Source: Hydrolagus colliei (Eukaryota). From it: 64,000 nt of DNA. The position numbers and the translations under genes were made by a program. This document shows, in pieces, positions 33,701 through 58,862 of this stretch. Location of the stretch: NCBI GenBank assembly GCA_035084275.1, contig CM068748.1:6820001-6884000 (forward strand). The letters run 5' to 3'. Under the pieces are notes generated by a model. That model did not search any database and had not been told where the DNA came from. It saw nothing but the letters and a program-made list of their open reading frames with translations. Positions within the stretch are counted from its first letter, which is position 1. Each line of letters begins with the position of its first letter.

Positions 33701-36599
33701 ACCGGGTTTCGGAAGCAGTTTGCAGAGTGTAAATATTTCATCCGTCAATGCCGAACCCAGGCAATCAGTTGCGCTGGTACTTTGTGGTGAGACTTTGTTT
33801 TCTGCCACGTAAACAAGCACCAACTGGGCTCGAACTGATTTGAAAACGGAATCCCAAAGCCGATCATTAGCAAGTGAATAGCGCCTGCAAGGTATGGTTA
33901 CCTCCCTCTCCATCAGCAAATAATTAAATATGTATTATTTATCGGCAAATGCACATATAATCACTGTATTAGTAACGTGAAGCCTCTCGGTGTTTTTTTT
34001 AAAAAGGGGGAGGGGAGGGGGGGGGGGAGGGGAGGGGGCGCCGATTTAAACTGTGAATAAAGAGTGAAGCTCTGTGCGGTGTAAAGCAATGTTCGAGACT
34101 TGAACTTCAGCAGTGGCACCTGTTAGCAGAATTCAGTGGAACAGGGACAGCTGGCTGTGTTGGCGATTTCAAACTCCGTGCACATGTTTAAGCGATTTTA
34201 CATTGACAACTTCCAGCCAAGGTCCAAACAGCTTCTCTTTCATTATATCGCAACACTGGCTGGCGTCCAAGCAATTAAGCGGCAGTAATATTATATCTCA
34301 TTAATACCCTGTCACAGCGGCTGACATAAAATGTGATTTTACAGCACAAAAGGGCTTATCCTGGAGGTGCTAGTTTCCCCTTAGAGAAATCGCTTCCTTC
34401 ATCACGTTAAGGGGCCAGGAATCTGTGAACTTAAAACAAACCTGCCATTGAAAATGTGTGGAATTATTTTTTTTTAAATCGCCGCCGTGAAGTTTCTAAT
34501 ATGCAGCTCGCGGCGTCCTCTTAATGCATCATTTGTAAATCTTTGTAACTTGGTGACCTTTGGTCCATCACGCACAAATGGATAGCGAAAACCATTGGCG
34601 ACGTTTTGACAGCATTCCTGCAATAAATACTCAACGCAGTGACCTGCACTGGTGTGGCAAGTGGAAGTGTTCCTCCGGCTATTATATTGTATTGTTTCTG
34701 GGCAAAGGTTAATGCTGTCGAATCACACATCCCACCCCCACCACAAAAAGGTATATGTGGAAATAATTGTTCCATTTCTACCGAGTTGAAAAGGTACAGT
34801 GATCGATTCATCACCAGTTCGCGTAAATGAAATGAATCACAATAAAGCCCGAGTAGTACCACTGCGCCTGTTATATACACAGTATCTCAGTTTCAGGATA
34901 AATTCCTTCAAGTATCTTAATTCCGTCTTAGGTTGATTTAGAAAGGCGAGCCCTCGATAAATATAGCGCTGCAATTACATTTTAAGGAAATCAAATTAGA
35001 ATTAAATAAATACGAGAGTTCAGGCGAGGGACAGCAGTCTTTGGACTTTGTTATATACTCTTCTCTGCTGTTTCCAGGAAATGGATACTTGGCTTGAGAG
35101 CAACAAGTCCAAATCTCCTTCTCCCTCTCTGCATCCTGGCAGCCTCACATAGGCTTTGCTGGGTTATAACTGACGCTGTTAACGTACCTATAAACTGCGG
35201 GTGGCAGTGACAGGCGTGTTTACTTTCTGCTGTAACCTTGCCTTTCCACTGTTTCCCTGGCTGACCCACGTTTGAACCTATGGTTAGCACGGGATCATAA
35301 TTTTAGGAATTCACATCTGAATGACGTTGTAGTTATTTCTCACACACAGTACCCAAGGCGCGGTTTAATCTGAAATCGAGGTTAACTCCAGGCCAGGCTG
35401 TTATTTTAGATAACTGTCAATCAGTGCTGGTGCCACGTCTCTCCCTCACTCTCTCTCCCCCCCCCCCCCCCCCCCCCATCCCTCCTCTCTCCCTCTCTCT
35501 CTGTGCAGAGATCTGTTCCCACTGCGATTACATAATTATCTTTGCAGTGAGTTCGGTCAGTCGGATTGCGGTCTAAGAGGAAGTGGAGACTTCGACTACA
35601 AAATTCCGATGGCACACTCACTTGGAATCAACCAAGGCATTGAAGGAAGACTTCTGTCGACTATTTTTCCTTTAATTTGTTTTTTTAAAAAAAGAAAACC
35701 GTATTTATTATCTTTCCACCAAAGTCTCAGCTAGATGTTTAACCATTTCATACATTTACAGTGTGTATCCCTAGGGTAAGGGAATAGAAAAGGGGGCATT
35801 TAACAATCAGGTTATAGCAACAATTGTTGAATTAATGGGAAAATATGACCAGATGGAGACCTAGCTATTGTATTGACACACATTTCAATCCCAAGGGTTT
35901 CGTGTGTGGCTATAAATATAAATATCCTGGCAAACGGGTGCTGCTATTCGATTATCTTATACTAATATTCATTCAATCGACATATGGACCTGATTAAGGC
36001 ATTTATATCTTAACAGCGTGTTATTCTCAATCGATTCTTATACCAGTGACCCGATAAGAACCTGGTATAAGAACATCCACAAGACTTTGATGTGAAAAAT
36101 GTAAACATGACAAAAGGCAGGTTACTCGTGGATGACAGTCTGGTTTTCGGGGGTGACATGACCAGAGCCATAAAGAAAGAACAAACCCTTGTTTTAATGG
36201 AATAATTATACTGGCTACCTGCCTAGTGGAAATTCATTGAGCCCATAAAGAATGGAACTCCCTCCCTCCAAAAAAGGTACCCCGAATCCTTTCTTATTTA
36301 AATGCGTCTTTTTTTTTTTACACACACACACAAGTTCCTGATATTTGATCTGAAATGCGTAATACTGAACCTCTGCGGTTACATATCTCGAGTGTAATTA
36401 AACCCCATTAACAAACCGAACCCCCCCCAAAAAAAAAAATGTGGGGATGGGTGCGGGGGGTGGGGGAGGCACATTTTGCTATTTGACCTCTTGGGATGAA
36501 AGCTGCAATCTGGGGGAATCAAGGGTTAAAGATTTTGGGGGGCTGCGTCATTGAACTAGGCGGAGTCAGAGGGGATGGCACAATCTACACAATTAAAGA

Positions 36600-36616
36600 T
36601 GAACTTTGTGTGAACT
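36600..36616 (-). promoter_or_regulatory. Proximal DR5 retinoic acid response element (R1) of CYP26A1
   Basis: TGAACTttgtgTGAACT within TAAAGA...AATT flanks, matching the known conserved vertebrate Cyp26a1 R1 element; ~50 nt upstream of the TATA box. Confidence 0.93.
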
Positions 36617-36664
36617 AATTTAACTGACCAAGGTATGAGGGGGGGGCTGAGACCTGGGAGCAGT

Positions 36665-36670
36665 TATAAA
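36665..36670 (+). promoter_or_regulatory. TATA box of CYP26A1
   Basis: TATAAA ~120 nt upstream of the ATG and downstream of R1. Confidence 0.8.
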
Positions 36671-36787
36671 GAGGCTTGAACCTGGAGCGTGAACAGTTTG
36701 GCAATTCATTTGCCCTCGCTCACCTCATTCCCGAGCGCAGCAAGAGCCCGAAGAGACCGACGGTTCCACTCTCCACGTCTTGTTAAC

Positions 36788-36976
36788 ATGGTTTTATTTA
36801 CACTGTTTGCTACTTTCCTGTGCACATGTGTGCTGCCGCTGTTACTGTTCCTCGCTGCTGTGAAGCTGTGGGAGGTTTACTGTATAAGCGGAAGGGACCC
36901 GAGCTGTAAAAGTCCTCTCCCTCCAGGTTCCATGGGGTTGCCCTTCCTGGGGGAAACTCTTCAGCTGGTATTGCAG
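36788..36976 (+). CDS. CYP26A1: CYP26A1 exon 1 (coding part)
   Basis: aacATGG, MVLFTLFATFLCT...QLVLQ|gtaaga. Confidence 0.95.
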
Positions 36977-39900
36977 GTAAGATGTCAGTTTGCTGCATCA
37001 GCTTTCAAGACTCAGAACGTTTTGAAATCCCATTATTTTCTGGTCAGGGAAACCTGTGTTTTGTGTGTAAAAAAACAAACAAACAAACAAACAAATGACA
37101 GTCCAGACAAACCAACGCGCGTTGCATTGTATCGAATCAATTTACGAGTTAATGGAGGTGGAGAGAATGAAAGAATATCAATTGCTTCTAACAGGTAGAC
37201 AGACACCAGCAGAGCGGTTTCAGTTAGAAAGGCAAGGACACCTGGCAAACTTGGATCAAGGCGATGGGTAGATGGATGGGTGGATGGGTGGGTGTGCAGT
37301 GCTGGAGTTCAGCAGGTGGATGGGTGTGAGGGGGGTGGGGGGAGCCAGGTTAGAGTTTTAGACAAGCCACAATTTGGCTCGTTTGAATGCCCAACACACT
37401 GATCGATTCTCTCCATGTGTGATAAGATGGCTAACGTTTGATTCTCTTCCCACACATCTCTCCATAATATTTTTGAAATATTTTTAAAAAAAGGAGAATC
37501 ATCTTGGAGCGTTTAACAAGTAATGCGGGTGGGTGGGTGGGTGGGTGGGAGGGGAGGGGGTGGGGGAGGTTGAATTAAGAAGAATCAATTGCTCTCTCGC
37601 CCCCCCCCCCCCCCCCCCCCCCCCCCCGTAATGCAACGTAATGTTTTGCGCGTACGCGTGCATATTTTGACAGAGGTACAAATTCCTGAAGATGAAGGTA
37701 CAGAAATATGGCTACATCTACAAGACTCACCTGTTCGGGAGCCCCACGGTGCGAATCATGGGAGCCGAGAACGTGAAACAGATTTTATTGGGGGAGCACA
37801 AGCTTGTCTCGGTGCAGTGGCCGGCCTCTGTCAGGACAATCCTGGGGGCCGCCTGTCTGTCCAGCCTTCACGATTCCGAGCACAAACACAGGAAACGAGT
37901 GAGTGCACCGTTCGTTCTCAGCACACACAAGACTGTTTAACAGCTCCAGGCTTCCGCGTGTGACCCATTAACTTGGAAATGTTGGGGTTTGCATGGGGTC
38001 TGTAAGCTATTTTTTCTCTCTTTCCCCCCCCCCCCCCCCCCAAACCACCCTCTAGTTTAAATCTCAAATGTGGACCCAATAAGCACAGAGAACAGCCTGT
38101 ATTTGCATTTAACGCGAGTTTTAGCAGAATATCATTTTTGTTTCTTGCTACAAGATTTACAAATCGTGTCCCCCGTCCCCCCCGTCCCCCCCCCGCCACC
38201 TCCCACCGCAAATTCCAGGGTTGTATGTATATTACAATATAAAAGAATGATAGCCTTGACATGTCACGGATGGATGGATGGAGAGATGGTCATATCGAAT
38301 AGATGCATCTTCAAGCTCTTCAGACTAAATGTGAAAGTGGATTTCTTTTTCCTAAACCCGTGTGTGTGTGTGTGTCTGTGTGTTTGTTGAAATATTGTAG
38401 GTTATTTTGAAAGCCTTCTCCCGCGAAGCTCTGCAGAATTACATCCCGGTGATGAGCGAGGAGATCAGGGCCGGGGTGCGGGGCTGGCTGGAGGGAGGCA
38501 CCAGGGTGTTGGTTTACCCCGAGATGAAGCGGCTCATGTTCGGAATCGCCATGAGGATCTTGCTTGGTTTCGAGCCAGGAGAGACCAACCAGCAAACCCA
38601 ACAGCAGCTGGTTGAAGCCTTCGAGGAAATGATTCGCAATCTCTTCTCTCTGCCCATCGACGTGCCTTTCAGCGGCTTGTACCGGGTGAGTTACCCACTC
38701 GACTGCAGCAGCTAAGATCCCCAACTCTAAATTTGACTCGGGGAGTTAAGGTTGGGAGAGGTTTCAGGCTGGGAGACGTATTATTTTTCCTTCTTTCTTT
38801 CACGTTAACCCTGTCATCATTAACACGATCGGTTATATCGCCTGATCTACTGCGTGTTACCGGGAAATTTCGGTGATAAGAGACAGAAATCGCCAAAGAG
38901 GCTACACCCAAACACCACATTAGATATTTTAATGCCTTTTAAGGTTTCTTCACAGGAGGATTTTGACCATGGCTTTGTTTGTTTGGTTTGTTTGACTGAC
39001 AGGGGCTGAAGGCTCGGAATGTAATCCATGCAAAAATTGAAGAAAACATCAGGAAAAAGATGGCTAAACGGGACACTACTGACCAGTTCAAAGACGTGCT
39101 GCAGTTACTGATTGAACACTCGCAAAGGGACGACGAACCTCTGCGTTTACAGGTAAAAATCCCAGCCCCCCTCCACTCCCTATCAGCACCCCCCCCACTC
39201 TACGCCTCCACCCCCTATCAGCACCCCCCCCACTCTCTATCAGCACCCCCACTCTCTATCAGCCCCGCCCACTCACTCCACCCCCCCCACTCCCTATCAG
39301 CCCCCCCACTCCCTATCAGCCACCACTCACTCCACCCCCCCCACAAACCTATCAGCCCCCCCACTCCATCCCCCCACTCCCTATCAGCCACCACCCACTC
39401 GTGTCAGAAAGTAACCCGAGACACTGAATCAGTCTTTTTTAAAAAGAAGTCACAAGGTTTTATTTTATTTTACAGTCAATTTTGGGGGGAAAATAGATCA
39501 CACGGTCACCGCCCAGTAAACCTGACTGGGCGCTTCCTCCATTCTCCAGCAATGTGCAAATGTCCACATTTCATACCAATGCAACATATTGCAACAACTG
39601 CATCTCCGCTCCCCTTTGCTGGCTTTCGTGAAGTCATTTGTGGGCAGACATTTGTGCATGAATGTAAGCATACATCTCTGTAAATAAATCTTAATATATT
39701 ATTACCCATACCGTACGGTATAAGCAACCGCAAATTTAGATTCTTCTCACCATGTGTCTGTTGCGATTACGCACCGAACGACTCAATTTTCATGGCTCAA
39801 ATTTGGCTACTGCTATTTTCTCTCTTGCATGTTAAGGAGTTGAAGGAATCTGCAACCGAGCTTCTGTTTGGGGGACACGAGACCACAGCCAGCACAGCCA

Positions 39901-41640
39901 CCTCCTTGGTCATGTTTCTGGGATTACATCCCGAAGTCGTGTGGAAAGTCCGAAAGGAACTGCAGGAACAGGTAAAGCCTCCCTCCCTCCCTCACTCACT
40001 GCCTCACTCCCTCACCCACTCACTCACTCCCTCCCTCACTGCCTCCCTCACTGCCTCCCTCACTCACTCACTCCCTCACTGCCTCACCCCCTTCCTCCCT
40101 CACTCACCCACTCCCTCCCTCCCTCACTGCCTCCCTCCCTCACTGCCTCCCTCCCTCACTCACTCACTCCTCCCCATCCTCTTCCCAATCTTAACTCCAA
40201 TCCTCTTGATAGCATTCCTTGTGTGAAGTTAAGAGATTATGGGAACTGGCGAACACCCATCCATTCATTCGCAACAGCAGCAAATTAACCAGTGGGGCTC
40301 GGTGTGGGACTGCTGTGTGTGGGTTTTTTTGTGTTTAACGTGGCTTTTCATGGGTTTGCAGGGATTAATGTCCAGCGATGCTCAAGAGAACAAGCAAATC
40401 ACGATTGAAGTCCTGGAACAACTTAAGTACACAGGAAGTATCATCAAAGAAACCCTTCGACTGAGTCCCCCTGTCCCCGGAGGATTCCGTGTGGCCCTAA
40501 AGACATTCGTGTTAAATGTAAGTTTTTAAATATATATATAAATAATACTAATAATTTATATATACTAATAATATATATATAATTAATACTACTAATAATG
40601 CACCATCATAAAATCATCCATTAGCGGATTCTGCATCGATTGCTTTATGTTTTTTCCGCTGCGATTTAAGGCTTCTAAGGTGAAAATCCATTTGCAAATT
40701 AACTAACCTTGAATAGCTCAAAGCTATACATCATGAATAGTTTAAAGCAGGTCTTTGTCAAGTCTCACTGATCAAGATAAGTAGTTTGGGATAATTAAGG
40801 CAAGCTGCACAGAGCTTTCACTTTCAAATAGCAAATATTACTGGCACAGCAAATAAAACTGGGAAAATTAACTTTCATGATGGATGGGTCACTTGGTTTA
40901 TCTAATGATAACTTATCAAAATCTAGGTCTGTAATCTGTGAGGAAATAATTGCAAATCTGATTTAGACAACTGAACTAGGTCCAAACCTTTTGCGTTGGA
41001 CGATTCATTGGAAATAAATAACAAACCTAGGTCATAAGGTCGTTTACAGAAGCAGTTGATAATATCTAACAATTTGTAACTAATTTCATGCTTGCCCTTT
41101 CACCCGTAGACCTATAAGGGGGCTAATTAGGGATGACTTTCAGATGTTTTAGCAGTACAGTCTAAGGAGAGAAAAAAAATAAGTATAATTCCAATATTTT
41201 AGTGACAAATTGTCTAAATCTTATTTTCGACAACTTAAAAATAGATATTCATAACAGATAGAAAATGATTCCAAATATTTTGTTTTTTTTTGCAGGGATA
41301 TCAGATCCCAAAAGGCTGGAATGTTATCTACAGTATCTGTGATACACACGATATAGCAGAAATTTTTTCCAATAAGGATGAATTTAACCCTGACCGCTTC
41401 ATGGAAGGTTGTCTGGAGAAGGATTCTTCCAGATTCAGTTATATCCCATTCGGTGGAGGCTCTCGGAGCTGTGTGGGCAAAGAATTTGCCAAAGTCCTTC
41501 TCAAGATCTTCATAATAGAGCTGGTGAGGACTTGTGATTGGGAACTTTTAAATGGACTGCCGACAATGAAGACCAGTCCCACAGTATACCCAGTGGACAA
41601 TCTGCCCACAAAATTCACAGAGTTTTATCACACAGTCTGA
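36788..41640 (+). CDS. CYP26A1: Cytochrome P450 26A1 (retinoic acid 4-hydroxylase); exons 36788-36976, 37674-37898, 38401-38685, 39003-39152, 39837-39971, 40362-40517, 41296-41640; 494 aa
   Basis: PLPPGSMGLPFLGETLQLVLQ, I-helix ELLFGGHETTAST, K-helix ETLR, PDRF, heme motif FGGGSRSCVG and C-terminal TSPTVYPVDNLPTKF. Seven phase-0 exons; the characteristic proximal DR5 RARE and TATA box lie upstream. Confidence 0.97.
37674..37898 (+). CDS. CYP26A1: CYP26A1 exon 2
   Basis: gacag|RYKFLKMKVQKYGYIYKTHLFG...HKHRKR|gtgagt. Confidence 0.95.
38401..38685 (+). CDS. CYP26A1: CYP26A1 exon 3
   Basis: ttgtag|VILKAFSREAL...FSLPIDVPFSGLYR|gtgagt. Confidence 0.95.
39003..39152 (+). CDS. CYP26A1: CYP26A1 exon 4
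   Basis: gacag|GLKARNVIHAKIEENI...EPLRLQ|gtaaaa. Confidence 0.93.
39160..39400. repeat. C-rich minisatellite (CCCCACTCCCTATCAGC-like units) in CYP26A1 intron 4
   Basis: CTATCAGC recurs 8 times between C-runs. Confidence 0.9.
39837..39971 (+). CDS. CYP26A1: CYP26A1 exon 5
   Basis: gttaag|ELKESATELLFGGHETTAS...RKELQEQ|gtaaag (AAG acceptor). Confidence 0.92.
39978..40175. repeat. Pyrimidine-rich low-complexity repeat (CCTCCCTCACTG/CACT) in CYP26A1 intron 5
   Basis: Directly visible tandem degenerate 4-12-mers starting just after the donor site. Confidence 0.9.
40362..40517 (+). CDS. CYP26A1: CYP26A1 exon 6
   Basis: ttgcag|GLMSSDAQENK...IKETLRLSPPVPGGFRVALKTFVLN|gtaagt. Confidence 0.95.
41296..41640 (+). 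CDS. CYP26A1: CYP26A1 exon 7 (coding part)
   Basis: ttgcag|GYQIPKGWNVIYSICDTHD...FGGGSRSCVGKEFAK...FYHTV*. Confidence 0.96.
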   Translation, partial: GYQIPKGWNVIYSICDTHDIAEIFSNKDEFNPDRFMEGCLEKDSSRFSYIPFGGGSRSCVGKEFAKVLLKIFIIELVRTCDWELLNGLPTMKTSPTVYPVDNLPTKFTEFYHTV

Positions 41641-42348
41641 TCTTTCAGCAGAGCTGCAGTCTCTCTAAACTTGACATAGCCTTAAGTGGCATTGTATTGG
41701 CATTTTTCAAACTCTTGCAATGTTAAACATGAGGCATTGTAAATGTTTTGTGAGGGGTGACCGAAGATTCCTTCAGCAATCGGTTGGCTTTGGGTTCAAT
41801 TTCATGAAATAATTTACACTAAAGCACATGTCCAAAGTAGGTGGCTCCAATGTTAGGTATTTTAAGTGTAAAGATGCTATGATTGGCATCGGTTTTATGA
41901 AAGGTTTCTGATCCTTTCGGATTTGGATTGACCTTACAAGATGCTTTATATTTGCACCTTTTTTCAGTATCAGTTTCATGCCAATAGTGGGAAGCAAGAA
42001 GAGAGAAAGTGATGAAGAAAACCTGTCAAACTATATTGTTTAATATTGTCACATATTACATATTCCCAATTGCTGTACAGATCTTTTTTTTTAATGATCT
42101 GTAAATAACCAACATTTTATACAATTAATCTTTAGTTTTTTTTAATCTCTTGATTTAAAATAATTTAATACTTTAGCTTGCAATAGGACAGTTAATTTAT
42201 GATGAGACTTGGACTGTAATTATTTTATAAATTTAACAAGCACAGGCTGGGTGCAAAGCATCTTCTGAGCACTAGGTCATGCATTGAGAGGATTTGTAAT
42301 GTATGACTTCCCTATATTGTGAATGTTCATCAATGTTATATATAATAT

Positions 42349-42354
42349 AATAAA
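42349..42354 (+). terminator. Likely CYP26A1 polyadenylation signal AATAAA
   Basis: AATAAA ~0.7 kb after the stop, followed by GT/T-rich sequence; an alternative AATAAA lies at 42496-42501. Confidence 0.6.
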
Positions 42355-42384
42355 TATTTTCACTGGTAGTCTATGATTCATGTC

Positions 42385-42390
42385 TTTATT
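42385..42390 (-). terminator. Likely MYOF polyadenylation signal (AATAAA on minus strand)
   Basis: TTTATT on the plus strand, ~640 nt downstream of the MYOF stop; the first canonical hexamer I can see in that direction. Confidence 0.55.
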
Positions 42391-43025
42391 AGTGAAACAT
42401 CCATTTTGTTGAAGTGTCATTTGTGGAAATACATGTTGATTACATATCTAGTGTTACAAAGTGAATTAGGTACAATCAGATGTACACAGCTGAAAAATAA
42501 AATGCCAGTTTTCTGTCTTGATTCAATACTGTAATTTGATATGGTCATAGGTAGGTTTGAGAAACATCTATTGAAGACGCTTATGTAAATGCACTCTTAC
42601 CAAATTGATTGTTTTCCCATACCTATAATGTAACCTTTTTCCATATTTATAATGCAACATTTAGCAAACCGACCACCTCAAATAGCTATGCTTTACAATT
42701 GCACTATTCTTAATATACAAAGAAACACCTGGTCTTTAATAACCACCTGCTAAAGGAGCTAACCAAGTTTCACAAATGCTGAGAGAAAAATCAGCAGGGC
42801 TCTGGTCATTGGGGTCAATGCATTAACATGGAATCACTGATAAAAAGCCCAGTCATGACCCCGTGAACCTTGACTAACCTTGGTAAACATAGAACTTGTC
42901 ACAATCCTAAACCCAGCCAATTTTTACCCTTAAAGCTTGGAGGCTGAAAACATAGGAAATTAGATCTCTTGGTCGAGCTACACAAAGCAGAGTAGGAGCT
43001 GCTGCTGATGGAGAACCGTCCGTTC

Positions 43026-58862
<15,837 letters not shown>

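Noticed and set aside
36689-36787. In-frame upstream extension of CYP26A1 from a GTG start in the ORF track
   Set aside because: Starts within about 20 nt of the TATA box, at or before the expected transcription start; the ATG at 36788 has good Kozak context and gives the usual N-terminus.
39153-40288. Pro/Ser/His/Leu-rich ORF extensions (39060-39683, 39792-40226, 39941-40288)
   Set aside because: Read-through of real exons into stop-free intronic tandem repeats.
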